Below, piece after piece: positions 27,409-40,763 of a DNA stretch of 64,000 nt (its first letter is position 1; each line of letters begins with the position of its first letter). The stretch comes from Anthoceros angustus (taxonomy: Eukaryota > Plantae > Anthocerotophyta), in contig MU008181.1 of assembly GCA_010909165.1 (NCBI GenBank), forward strand, positions 744,001 to 808,000. The letters run 5' to 3'. Under the pieces are notes generated by a model, which was not told where the DNA came from, searched no databases, and saw only the letters and a list, made by a program, of their open reading frames with translations. Position numbers and translations under genes: made by a program.

Positions 27409-28512
27409 GAATCAATCCTTGCTAAACTTGCTTCTGCATCCCACACATGGCCTATGGTGACGGAGATTCACCTTGGAAGGTCCAGATGAGCTGGACCGTG
27501 ACCGCAATCTGGCCAGCTTATTGAACATTTCGGACCACAGAAAAGCCTGGTCCGCTGCTCGATATGGACGTGCCCGAACTTGCACTCATCTCCTGAATAA
27601 ATTCACCTCACCCAGCAGCAGGGGATTCACATCTGCCAGACCCGGAGTGCCAAGAGCGGAGCAGCCTAGCGCCGGGCAAGCCAGAGGCCAAGCAGCAATG
27701 CACGAATCTGAAACGGCGGCAAACACCCGACTTCGCCCCCTGATGTTCGAGTGTCTGAAATGTTGGCTGGCCAAGGGAAGGCAGACACGACAAGGCAGCA
27801 GCTGAAGTTGTGAGACGAGAATTGGGCAGCAGGAGCGGCAACAGAATCAGCACTGTATACTAGCCTAGAGAGAGGCAGGTTAGAAACGTCCTGAATGAAC
27901 AGTTCCAGGCGTCTGATTCCAGGCTTGCCGGGCATAGCTTCGGCCAGCGCACGACCAGCACGACTTGACTGTTGGCAGCGCTGCACTGCGCCCGACTTCC
28001 CAGCCACTTGTCTCCCGTGTGAACCGCAACCCGCTCACTTTCTTCCATCTCTTTCGGGATTTGTTGACCAGTGGGTAGAGCAACCACAATGCATACACGT
28101 TCAGGGAGACCGGTCTACCAATCCTGTTTACACTCAAGGCTACTCCATTTCCGCTGCATCCTGTGGTAGGCCGTACATCCGTTCGTGGTTGCGGATGTCT
28201 CCCGCTCGCCTACCACCACAGTATGCACCTCCTGCTGATGGCTCGCAGCTCGAGGCCAGGCTTCTTGCCTTGACACGATCGAGCATGCCCGCATCCATTT
28301 ACAGGACATGTTTGACATGAGAACGAAAAGCCCGCGCCTTACGTTGCCTCTAAAGACACACAGCATTCAAAGCACATTTTCGCAGCTCGCCATGGCCACG
28401 TTTGTTTCGGGCAGCCTGCCAGAAGAACAGCCACAACGACAGGTCAGGCTGCATAGGCATGTGGAAAAGCGTATCTTCTGCATTGGTCAAAAGTCCTGCA
28501 CGCCGGACAAGA

Positions 28513-30095
28513 TCAATTCTCCAGTTCCGCAAACACCCCATGATCTCTGCTCATCCTGGCAAGGTATTCCGGTGCGTTCTCCACCTTGCCAAAATGGCTC
28601 GAGATAGACAGCAGTTGAAAGGAATGTTGAGTCTTATCTGGCTTCAGGACTGTCAGAGCCATGTCTTCTAGACCACTGACGGCTCCCACATTGCTGGAAG
28701 CTTCTAGGGCAGAAATGGGTGTGGCTGGATGTGGATTACGATCCCCTCTGATTGCATCTGGGCGTACAGTTTTAAAGCCTTTTCTCCTTGATTGTCTCTC
28801 GGTCCTGCTAGAGAAATCTATTATACACATCCTGGTCCCATACCTTGCATACACACTGACGAACGCACGCCACCTACAAGCATGTCTCATGCAAAACTTG
28901 TCCCAACAGCGATAGCATGTACTTCCTTCACCTTTTGGAGTGACTACACCTTCAGATCCTGGCCGTCCACCGGTGCACTTCTCTCCTTCTCTGCCATCGT
29001 TCTTCACATTAGGAGAGTGCTCAGAAAATGAAGCCGGGCCTGACACCTCTTCCATGAGCTGGAAAATGTTCCAAAGGCCTCGTCTCCTCGGCCCTGCACG
29101 AAATAAGCTGTACTGATAGAAGTATGACGCAACATTTCGTTCTGACAAACTGTCAAACACATGGTGCATCCATGAAGCTCCTACACGTCACCTACACTCT
29201 TCACAGTCTGACCAGTGACTAAGTTGCTGCCGAAAAATATTCTCAGTCAGTTCCTCTTTGCATATTTGTAGCATGGCATCTCTCCTTCTCTTTGATAGTG
29301 TCACATCCTAGGAGAGTGCTCACTAAAGTCTCTGAGCCGAGGCCTGACAACCTCCTCTTCCAATTGCCGAGACTGTTTGCAATGGGTTCGTCATGATAGC
29401 AGTCCAGCCACAACATTTCGCTCTGACAACCTGTCAAACACCTAAGGTGCATCCATAAAGCTCCTACGCTTAACAAAAATGTCTGAGTCAACTCCACCCT
29501 GCATATTTGTAGCATGAATTTCTCTACTTTGTCGGAGTGGCCACAACTTAGCATATCCATGAATGCTGATAAAGTTGCAAGGCATTTTATTCGTAGTCCT
29601 GCTGAGCATATGCTGCCATCATGGCAGTCAATAAAACTATGTCACCAGAGTATATAAACAACTCCTGTGCATCCTCCATGCTCCTGCCCTTTGCATACGA
29701 AGTAATCAGACTACTGCAAACAAGAACATCTAATTCAAAAAACCCTCCCTGCAATTGTAGCATGAATCTTCTTGCCCTTAGGCAAGAAGATAGCCGGTAG
29801 GCAAGGAGTATCCAATCCTTCAAAAGAAGCTTAGGCTGCATATGAAACATGGAACATGCAGAATGAAACATTTTAAATGAGCATCAGAAGCACAGGCAAT
29901 CTGTGACATAACAGCAGCAGGTGCCTTCCCCGACAAATAACAGCGTACAAATTGAACAGCGCACAGGCTACCTTTCCTTGGCAACAGATGCAAACCATGA
30001 GATACCATGTCACCTTGCAGTCGCGCATCCAGCCTGGCTTGGTTGGAATTATCAACCCAAGCAGTGGTGGTTCCAACAATCCTCAGCTTGAGCAC
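28513..30095 (-). pseudogene. Heavily decayed PPR gene fragments
   Basis: VFDSLSERNV and LDVLVCSSLITSYAKGRSMEDAQELF...DIVLLTAMMAAYAQ occur in different frames. Confidence 0.6.
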
Positions 30096-30392
30096 CAGAA
30101 TTGGAAATACACAACTTGCCTACGTCTCTGGTGATACAACGTACGTAACACGATCCAAGAGAAACATGGGGAACGTATCCAACTGAGCTTAAAATTGTTT
30201 AATTTTCGACGTTGTGAACGAAACGGGGAACGGGGCTGTGGCTTTGAGCGCACCACCAGGGCACCCGCTGCACATCAACAGCAGGTGCCTTCTCACCGCT
30301 CTATACGCTTTACTCGAGATTGAAGGCGGGAGAGCAGCTTGCAAGGAAGTGGCAAGCCGGCACAGGCGGCAAAGGCGCATTGCGGTGGCATC

Positions 30393-30915
30393 ATGGCTCT
30401 CAAGGCATCGAAGGCCATCGTGCCTGCCCTAGTTGGAGCCGGCGTTGTGTCCTACATCTTCTGGGATCTGGCTCGCAACCGCAAGGTGTTTGGAGGTAAG
30501 CACTTCTGGTCGACTTGGCATCCTTCACGACGTGGCTTGTGCTGCAGGTGATTTGGCTTGCCTGCTGTTCTGCACGGCGACACCGAATTGCTAGCGGAAA
30601 CTGCTTCTCGTCTTCACTTGACACCAACAATTGTTTTGTGATATGCATAACTTCTGCTCAGCAGGTCGTGATGTGTCAATAGTAGAGCAGATAGGGTACC
30701 TGCCACGATAAGGTGATTATTCTCGCAATGGTTGCATTCTCACAGCTGTTTGCTGCTGCTGCCGTTGTGCAGGCACTGTTCCCCGAACCCTGACCAAGGA
30801 ATGGGCCAAGGAGACTGAAAGGCTCATGGATGAAGGATGGCCAGTTGTGGCTGGAAAGCCCATGGTGATGAACCCGATCTCTAGGCAGAACTACAGGAAA
30901 GCATCAGGCGATTGA
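30393..30915 (+). CDS. OZI1: Ozone-responsive stress protein / DUF1138 small membrane protein
   Basis: Exons 30393-30495 and 30773-30915. N-terminal TM segment, KVFGGTVP.T...EW and WP..AG.P.VMNPISRQNY match the recalled ATOZI1 consensus. Confidence 0.85.
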
Positions 30916-31255
30916 TAGGCGTTGGGAAGCCAGCCTGGGGTTATGGTGATCAGGGCCGTGTGTAGCGTTGAAGTACAAAATAGCTGTGTTTCAGACTGAA
31001 TTGAGTCGCTTGCCTGTATATCTCGCCAAGAATGCTTGGGAGAGGGGATTGGACAACAGAACGTGAGTTTTTTAGTCATCTTTCCCAGGTGACAAAAAAC
31101 TATGTGAGCGCTTTTGCCCATGACATACCAGGCTGAATGAGCTCTCCAATGCTATGGGTGAACATCAAGCTAAGATTGTTTCTGGTGCCATGGCTGAACA
31201 TCAGCTAACATGGTTTCTGGTGTTGTGCCTGTGACGTGTTAGGAGTGTCCTTGAG

Positions 31256-32212
31256 TTACACAGACCGCTTGAAAGATTTCCCCTGTGCAGTTTTCCTTTC
31301 TTTCACACGCGTGGGATCACCTTCTGGTTTGGCTTTGTTGAAGGCCTGAATCAAAGTGTCCACCCGCCTCCTCATTCTGGTGTGCATGAAGGCCTTGGAG
31401 CACTTGATGTGATAGCCGACGTACGAGTGGAAGGTCGACAGGCTCCACACTACTCTGTCTAAACAGTCCCCCACCACATGGCGGGGGAAGATGACGAAGG
31501 ACACAAAGCCGGAATTGGCATCAAGGGCTTTAGGAGGTGCACCCTTGAGCTCAAGAGGAGGAGTGGGAGACCACTTGCAAACAGGCGCTGTGTTCAGCCC
31601 TGCTGTGCGTCGTGCCTCCATGAACTCCTGTAAGAAGGACGTTGCCAGAATGACGTCGTTGGCATCCTTGAAACGCATGGGAAACACCACAACCACCTTC
31701 TCCGGTTGCGGGATCACAAAATAAGACTCCCTCGGCCTGTGTACCAGAGAGGTGAGCAAGTCGGCATCCGGATCCACTTTCTTCGCGGCCAGATGCTTCA
31801 AGATGTTGCGCAGAGGAGCTCCCAGCACTACAGATCGCAGGGATGCCAACCTCGTCACCAGATGCAGGCGCTGTCCCTCATCAGCGGGCAGCCTGGTGAG
31901 ATCGAGCCGTACGGTGAGATCGAAGCCCGGCTCCGTGGCCTCCATGACCTGGACTGCACCGCCATAAGCTCCTCTCACCGCTTCGGTGGCACCGAAGGGC
32001 AGGCCCCCGGAGAAAACCGTTTCCGGAGGAGGAGGCGGAATGGAGATGGACAAGAAGAGATGCTGCGGCTCCTTGGCCGTGGCTCGGATTTGGTAGCGCA
32101 CGTCGTCGAACTCCACCAGCTGATAGTCGATCTCCAGTCCCCTGTCCAGAGCGCGCAGCCGAGCATGGAGCGTGTGCTGCAGCACTCGGGATGGCCCTTG
32201 CAGCAGAATCAT
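31256..32212 (-). CDS. ARPC2: Arp2/3 complex subunit 2 (p34-Arc), single exon
   Basis: MILLQ start, VEFDDVRY, VVFPMRFKD.ND..LATSFLQEFMEARRTAGLNTAP, GFVSFVIFPRH, YHIKCSKAFMHTRMRRRV. Confidence 0.96.
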   Translation of the reverse strand: MILLQGPSRVLQHTLHARLRALDRGLEIDYQLVEFDDVRYQIRATAKEPQHLFLSISIPPPPPETVFSGGLPFGATEAVRGAYGGAVQVMEATEPGFDLTVRLDLTRLPADEGQRLHLVTRLASLRSVVLGAPLRNILKHLAAKKVDPDADLLTSLVHRPRESYFVIPQPEKVVVVFPMRFKDANDVILATSFLQEFMEARRTAGLNTAPVCKWSPTPPLELKGAPPKALDANSGFVSFVIFPRHVVGDCLDRVVWSLSTFHSYVGYHIKCSKAFMHTRMRRRVDTLIQAFNKAKPEGDPTRVKERKTAQGKSFKRSV

Positions 32213-33485
32213 GTCAGCAATACCACCGACCTGTCACCAGCCGGCACGACTGGAGCCTGACTGAACCTCGCACAACCGGAAGTACCAGTTCAACCGGAAG
32301 TCTCGTCTGGTATCGGAACAGTGCGTGATCCCTGCGCAAGACTGTTAGGTTTTCTAACCACAGCTTTCGGATTTGCCAATGTCATGACGCCACACTGTTG
32401 CAGAACCTGCAGACGCCAAGAACCAGCCTTGGATTGTCCGCAGAGGTTGTGTCAGTTTCCTGTGTTGCCACAGTCCTGCGTCCTCACGGGTGTCTTTGGC
32501 GGTATATAAGCTGAGGCACTAACGATGGATTCACTAAGACTTGTTGTGAGAGGCTGACAGCCATGGACATAGTAGGAACTGTCGGACAAGTTACGTGCCC
32601 CTCAACAGAAAAGTCAGTTTTTGTCATCACACGATGAAGCCGCCTGTTCTTCACAGCAGAAGAAGAGATGTACCATTGCAGCCTTGACGGGTTGCCCGCT
32701 GTTCCGGCAAACCGAAGGAGAGCACATGGCAACCGCTGATCTTGGGCTTCGCAAGGGCGATGAGTCCGCTTCCCCTGGAGGTGGCAAGGCTGAAGAACAT
32801 GCTTCCGATGCCATGCTTAACAAACAGGCTGCTTGCTCTCCTGGATATGTACATTATTTTGTATACAAAATTCTATCTTCAGCATATTCCACCTTTTGTT
32901 CCTACAGAACTTCTAGGCTACTCTCCACCTTGCTCAGCTCCAGAAGGAAAACCTTCATGGATGTCACTACAAAGGCTCTATAAGTTGGCTAATTTTCCTC
33001 CCAACACGAGACAATTCAACCTATTTACAGCATATAACACTGCAACTATGACTACATGGCCAATGGTGGAAAGCTGATGCTAAAACAGCTTCGTTGTTGT
33101 GATCCTTCTACACGGCTTGTCCACCGTCTGCCCTGACTGCGAATCTAAAGCACTCATAGACTCAAGACTAAGAGTCTTGGGATTTCAAGATGCAATTACC
33201 TCTCTTGGTTTCTAGCCACTTGACAACCCCGTGCCATACTCTGCCCCCAATGCCACTCACCAGACCAGGTCTTCGTATGACGAGGAGCGGCATTAGCACG
33301 CTTAACTGCAGCTTGGATCTCCTCCCTCATTGGTCCTTTCCCACTGCATGCAACATCTTGTGAGAAAGTTACAAAATGATCACACTTCAGGCAGGCAGGT
33401 CTGAGCTGTAGACGGGAAAGGGTGATACCTGTATGTTGAAGCACAGTGGCAAGTTCAAAGTGCAGTGAGGAACATATAGTGAGGC

Positions 33486-36400
33486 CTATGACTGAGTGGA
33501 GGAGCGAAGGTTTGCTAGTCGTGCATAAGCCCCATTAGGCTTGGACATCAATTCTTGATGCCGTCCTTTCTCAACTATGGTCCGATGCTTCACCACCGCA
33601 ATGAGATCTGCATTCTGAACAGTTGAGAGCCGATGGGCTATCATGATAGTGGTCCGATCCATAGCCAAACGGTCCAGGGCATCTTGAACCACCCTCTCTG
33701 ACTCTGCATCCAGTGCACTTGTTGCTTCATCCAGCAACAACACTTTGGGGTTCTTTATGATCGCTCTAGCAATTGCGATGCGTTGCTTCTGGCCACCTGA
33801 CAGCTGAGTACCCTTCTCTCCAACCATCGTGTTGTATCCATCTGGAAGGTCTGAGATAAATTTGTGGGCATTGGAAGCTTTGGCAGCTGCTTCAACCTCT
33901 TCTTGAGAAACGTCAGGCCCAGTGCCGTTGTCATGCCGTCCATATAGTATATTGGCTCTGATTGTGTCATTGAAGACAACAGGCTCTTGACTCACCAAGC
34001 CCAGTTGTTGCCGGAGCCATTTTAATTGTAGCTCTTTGATATCAATGTTGTCCAATAAGATCAGACCAGCATCTGGGTCGTAAAACCTCTCCAAGAGGGA
34101 TATCGCGGTTGATTTACCACTCCCGCTCTCTCCGACAAGGGCCACAGTCTGCTAGCAAACGACAATTTGGTCAACCTCCATCCAATGTATTGCAAAACCT
34201 GAAAGACCTACAGCACAGAGACGAAGGAATGTAGGCACGCCTCGAACCTGCCCTGATGGTATCGACAAGGAAAAGTTTCGAAAGATGAGAACATCAGGCC
34301 GCGACGGATATCTGAATTTGACATGCCTAAACTCGATATCTCCTTTCACGGATGGCAGAGTCTTTCCGTCCATGTTAGATGAGTCGATCTTCGACTTAGC
34401 ATCCAAAATTTCGAATATAGAATCAACAGCTGAGGATACCCTTCCCAGGTCCGGCGCCAAGCTTGTGCTCTGAGCTATGCTGGTGGCACTGAGAGCAATA
34501 GCCAAGAAAACCTGAATTCACCACGACATGCACCTCAGATTTGCAAAAGTGTTGCTAGCTGGGCAGCACTTGCTGGCGGAAATGGGAGATATTGCTGATG
34601 GGAGTTACTCTGAAGACTTGATGGAACGACGTCTCGCCCTTGTCGACGAGGCGTGCTCCGTACCAAAAGCTCAGAGCATATGCCACAAAGGTGGCAAACT
34701 GTGCAAATCCAAGACCAGCTCCAACGATAAAGCCTTGCTTGATTTCATGGTCTTTCGGAGTTTTGCACTTGGCTTCAAAAGTTTGCACTACTGTCTTCTC
34801 CGCACAAAACGAGGCTACGGTTCGAATACTTCCTACTGCATCGCAAGCCATTTGACTGGCCTCTTCATATGCCACCTGCAAAAAGAACAGAGTTAGAGGC
34901 AATCGAGCTCTAATGCAGCAAAACAAGCTCTCTCAACCGCCAGTGCACGTTAAGACCCGTTTCAAGCCCATGGAACGACAGCAACACGTTCAAGTCCTGA
35001 ACTTTGATTTCACAGGTCTAATCTCAAACCTTTGTCCGGGCACCGGAACCTCGCGCTCTTTGTATTTGAACATAGCCTTGCAAGCCAATGAGAGGCATCA
35101 TAGCAAAGACCACAAAAGCCAGCTTCCAGTTTGCTAGAAAGCCAATAAGTAATGCGCCAGCTACTGTTGCCAGATTCTGCACCAGCAGTGAAAGTAGATC
35201 CCCGACAATAGTCTGCACGAGGGAAGCATCTACGGCCAACCGAGCACTTACTGCACCACTGTAACCAGACCAAGAAAGGACAGAATTAAATTCTGATAAA
35301 AGTAGGTGGACGTCGGATACACATGGGAAACATAACCCAGGTGACGCCAAATTCCTGCCAAACACCACGACAGAGATAGGCATCTAACAGGAGAAGACAA
35401 GCCATCACGCACCTGGAGTTCTCGGCAGCATCAAACCAGCTAATCTCCTGCCTGACCACCTTGCTGAACATTGATCGGCGCACCACACGTGCTAATTTGT
35501 GACCCATCACTTGCAGACAGAGAGTCCTGACGGGCATGACTGTCGCCACACTAACTGCCAGTACAACAAACATGCAAGCCCAGAACTTGATCTGCCTCCG
35601 GACCTCATGAGGGTCTGGGTTGTAGAAGACGGTCACGGAATGAGCTAAAAGGAGTCCAAATACTGGCGTGGAAGCTCCATAGCCAACGGCGCCCAAGATG
35701 CCCACCATAGCGAACAGCTTTCCATCTCCACGAAGCAGACTTACTAGGCGAAAGATGGAGTGGTCATTGTATGAAAACAGACGTCCAGTCTCTATGTCGT
35801 ACACGGGTTTTGGTCGTCGAATTAGTCGATCTACCAAACCTTGCTTTGAGGCCTGCTTGATCCTCGCCCTCAGTTCATTACTGTCTCCTGGCTTGCCTAC
35901 AGTGCTGCTGAATAGAAACATGAAATCGGGGTTAAACCGGAGGAAGACATTACCCATACTTGCAATGCTCCTCAGACACAAAATTACCTGCGGAAAGAGG
36001 AAGACCTTCTACTGCTTGAGTATCTGCTGCTAGATCTGCTTGAGGCATATGATATGAGGTTCACTTCATCATCATCTACATCTGCCTCAGGCTCCTCCGC
36101 TGGTTTCAGGGCTTGTAGTTCAACAAGCTGGTAATAGGCGCCGCTCTCATCTCTAAGCAGCTCCGCGTGAGTTCCTGCAAATCACGGCAATATATTCCAA
36201 CCATCAATCCCACAAAATGGTGAGCAAACACCTTGTTCTCATCTTTCACAATCAGCTGAAACTCTACCTTGTTGGATTATGGCTCCATGTTGCACCACTG
36301 CTATCAGGTCTGCATTCCGAATGGTAGAAAGACGGTGGGCCACGACCACAGTGGTTCTGTCCTTCATGAGACGGTCCAAAGCCTCTTGAACCACGGTCTC

Positions 36401-38907
36401 AGATTTGGTGTCCAAAGCACTGGTTGCCTCATCCAGAAGAAGAATCTTGGGATTCTTCAAAATGGCCCTTGCAATAGCCACCCTCTGCTTTTGACCCCCA
36501 GACAATTGGGCACCATGCTCTCCAACCTGCGTGTCGTACCCCTACACGACAAAACCCTTCAGATGGAAGAACTAAACCACAATGGTCGACGTTCTTCCAG
36601 TCTACAGCTCTCACAATTTACCTCAGGGAATTTTCCGATGAAGACGGCAGCATTCGCACGCTCGGCTGCTTCCTGAATCTCTTCCATGGTTGCTCCAGGT
36701 TTGCCGTAAGCGATGTTATCCTTGATGGAAGCTGCAAACAACACTGGTTCTTGGCCCACCAGCCCTATCTGCTGCCTCAGCCATGTGACATTAAGGGTCT
36801 TGATATCCACGCCGTCAATCAAAACCTCCCCACTTTGAGGATCATAGAAGCGTTCAATCAAACTCACCACCGTCGACTTGCCACTGCCACTTTCTCCAAC
36901 AAGAGCCGCTGTGCTGCACGAAGGTATGGAGAGAGAGAAGTTGGAGAAAATCTGCACCCCTGGGCGAGTAGGATAGTAGAAATGCACTTGGCGAAGCTCG
37001 ATATCGCCCTTCAAGTCGGCTATGCTTGTTCCACCGGGATCAGAAGAATCGATGGGCGGCTTTCTGGCAATCACCTCAAACAACTTGAAGGATGCTTGCT
37101 GCCCCAGTTGAATGGCACCCAATGTTGGGGCAGCGTGACCGAGACTCCTGACCTCCACAAGCAAGCAGGAGTCGCGTGGTGATGAGACAAGCACTCCAAA
37201 CTGCAGCTACATGCAAGACATGCAGAAGCTAGGGGTTCTCCACACAACTTACAGGCCTCCTAGGATAACAGAGAAGATGATTGTAAGCGCAGCCCCTCCA
37301 TTGTAACCCTCCTCGGTGACAAGGACAGATCCATACCAAAGACCTAAAGCATAGGTATTGTAGAGGACGAGAAAGATTCCAGCAACACCCACGGAGGCAA
37401 ACACAGTCTGAGAGACAGACACTTTGTAACCTTTCTTCAGTGATCTATCATAATCGTCCACGGCTTTCTTCTCCCCGCTGAAGCAAACCACCTGGAGAGG
37501 GCATGAGGAGAATCCGAGACATCTCCAACGTTATACTAGTGCCAAATCTGTGGCAACATGAACAGAAAATGCAGGTCATGATGATCCGCCTACCGTTCGA
37601 ATGGAGCTGAGGATTTGCTCTACCACTTTAGCTCCTTCAGAATAAGCATCCATTCCTCGCCGATTCTTCATCTGCACCATAGCTGCCCCCAAAGCTCCAG
37701 TGCCGAAGAGAAGCGGCAGGGACGAAGCAATGACCAGCGCCAGCTTCCACCCTTTGTACAAGGCAATGGCATAGCCTGCCACGAAAGTGGACATGTACTG
37801 TGCAAATCGTCCAGCCTGCAGGCGAAGGGGAAAAAAGTTGAACACGACAGCAACACAAAATTAAAGAATTCGTCCACGACCCATGTCACTCTGATACGCA
37901 CCTGATCCCCCACGGCTGCCTGGATGTGAAGCGTGTCCGCAGCCAATCTGGCCACCACCTCGCCTGTGGCAGTCTCCTTGTCAAAGAAGGCCACATCCTG
38001 CTTCAAAATTGCTCTCAGATACGCAGTCCGGATGCGATTCGACTGCCGCTCTCCCGTAGCAGCCCAGAATGCCACCCCTGTAACACCACCATCACCGGTC
38101 AGGAAATCCAGTCCCCGCTACACTCGGAACTACTACACCAAACAAGCGATAGAGCTTACTCACCGACATATCCCGCCACTGCCGACGCAATGCCGACGTA
38201 GATAAGCTTCAAAACCAGCTGCGCACGTACACCAATCAAGACAACGATGCGCTCTGAGACAACCTTCCAAGCACCTCCCAAAGCAAGAATTGGGCAGCAA
38301 CCCAGCTTCAGGAAGTTCCACCAACCTGGTTCACAGCGGGGTTGAGAGAAGGTCCACTGCTTCCAAACGCGTTCAGGATGGAGCCCAGCAAGAGAGCCAG
38401 CGCAGGCTGCGAGGCCCCAACTCCCACCGCTCCCACGGTCCCTAGCAGCATCAAGACGTAGTCCACCCCGTCTGCGAACGCGAACAGCCTGTAGAAGGGA
38501 ACAGTTTGCGCGTTCTCCTTCTTCTTCTTCTTCTTCCCCGGATTTTCCTTCCCGTCCTGCTCGGGCCCGGGAGGACCGCCCGCCAAGCTGCTGGAATTCC
38601 CGGGTCTCTTGCTCGTCTCCACAGGCAGGTGCAGACCAACAATTCCCGGTGGAATGTCCTCCACCTCCGCCCCCAGCTCCTCACCGTCCAGAGACCGACT
38701 CCTGGAGAAGGAGACGTCTCCGTCTCCGTCCCCGTCCCCGTCCCCTCCCCCGTCTCCATCTCCATTTCCATCATCCCTTTCCTCAAGCTCATGCTCATGC
38801 CCATGCTCATGCTCATGCTCAAGCTCAAGCTCAAGCTCAGACTCAGGAGAGGATAAAATCGGGACAACATGGGCAGCTCCAGGTGCTGCAGCCCCGGCAG
38901 ACTCCAT
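33486..38907 (-). CDS. ABCB: Full-size ABCB (MDR/P-glycoprotein) transporter, multi-exon
   Basis: TMD-NBD-TMD-NBD order. Two Walker A (GESGSGKST), two signatures ([13 protein letters not shown]) and two [11 protein letters not shown] motifs; [12 protein letters not shown]-terminal motif. First ATG at 38907; internal exon boundaries not all mapped. Confidence 0.93.
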
Positions 38908-40763
38908 TGCCAGGAGTGCCTGCCCTGCCTTGCCCTGCTCCCTGCAACTGGCAAGTGCAAGTCCGGGACTGGAAGCCCAGGACTCCACTCGTCTCCAGCA
39001 GCAAGAGCGGGAGCAGGTGGGGGGGCGTCTGTGCCATTTCCAGATTTATGTGAGCCAGCCCAGAGGCAGCTAAAAATAATGCAAACCTGACCGCCTGTGA
39101 TAGGAACGTAGGCCATACCGAGCCTTGAAAAGTTGAAATGTCTGCTACTCAGAAGCCACAATGCAGCGGCGGCAACAGCAGCCTACCTGTACATTGCCTT
39201 AGCCACCAGTGGGCAGGACTATTCTTCAATGTGTGTGCGTGTACTCTCGTGTATGGAGATGGATCATGGATGTGGGCAAAGAATGATAGGCCCTACGCAT
39301 CTCACCACTGTTTGCACACGACAAGAATCTGGAGCAGAAATAGCAGAATGTTAAGCAGGAGAGAGAGAGAGAGATGAAAGTGCCAAGGCAATAAAGGAAA
39401 GGAAAGGAAAGGGAAGGAAAGGAAGCACCTGGACCGGCCTGATCCCGGAGGCTCCTGCACCTGGACTCTGGAGTGGCCAGAGCAGTGATTTTCCTTTTGG
39501 CTTCGAAAAACGAGGCGATATTTGGAAGTTCGAGCCTGGTCCGACACCATCGCGCGCCAATTCAGATCGGGTGGGGCCGAGCTCAGCCTGAAAGCGGCTT
39601 TCCTGGAGGGAAACCGAGATTGCCGAATTTACTATCTTTGCCGGGTCGACTTCACACGACTGCACGGCATTGGCGAGCTTCCCAGCCTCGTCCTCCACAG
39701 AGGTGTGGGCATATGCTTGCAAGTTGCCCCAACCTAGTCACCTGGATACAGTATCCCTGACTCTCATACTCCGGCACTTGCAAATGCCTCATAGTAAATC
39801 CTCTTGCAAGTTGCAACACGCAAAAGTGAGCTAGAATCCTTTCAGGGGCATCATGTGAATGGTGCTCCAAGCTAGAGCCCCACGTGGAGCTCTTCGTGAT
39901 TTGTGATTCAGACAAGGAGTATTCCTCTTGGTCGGGTTCTGTCTGAGCCCAGCTTGTTGGGAAGGGCTGCAGCCTGCAACACATGTAAAAGAGGTTTGAA
40001 ATTGTTCCCCAAGTGGACCGAGTGTGCGCGCACCCATACCGAGGAGCATTTTCTTATGATTGACCCATATCCAAGCATCGTTGAAGACTTCCTGCAGTTG
40101 TTGGGGAACCTTGAGGTTCTTCACAGCCTGTTGCTTGGTAACAGCCACTAGCTACCCGGTGATATGAACAAGACAAACATTCACAACATTCTCCGAAACC
40201 CCCCAAGTCGTCACACTCGTCAGCTGATAGAAGAGCACGGCTCTTTAGCATCTCCGATTGCATGTGGCGCCAAGCGCTAAAGTGCTGAGGGCCAGACTCC
40301 TCGTCCAATCGGTTTGTAGACCAACCCCGCGGCAACCCCCCTTCGATCTGGAGACTTGACAGCGCTTCTTTTTAAAACGCCGTGAATCTCCTTATACATA
40401 CATAGCCACATACATGCAACGCCCATGACCATGCTCAAGAACATCATCAGCTGAAGGCGTGCTCCTCGGTTACTCTCCTGGAACCAACCTAAAACTTGGG
40501 TGCCCAACTCTCAGACTGCATACAGCAGAAGTCGGCACATCTTGGGTGCCGAACTCATGGGCAAAAGTGGTAGGTTACCTTCAAGTCATGTGCACCTTTG
40601 TGCATCTCACCGACTGAAGTTAGCAGCTACACATCGTTGTCAGACGAGAAGCCATCATCCTGAGTTTGTGAGGAATTGAGTAGAAAAAGGTATGGCAGCT
40701 TCATGTCTCTGCACTCCCAACTTCTCCTGTTGCCGTTTGCACGTCTTCCGATCTGAAGAGAGG

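Noticed and set aside
27473-28400. Cluster of 60-140 aa ORFs upstream of the Moco-sulfurase-like gene
   Set aside because: No recognisable motif or consistent splice pattern.
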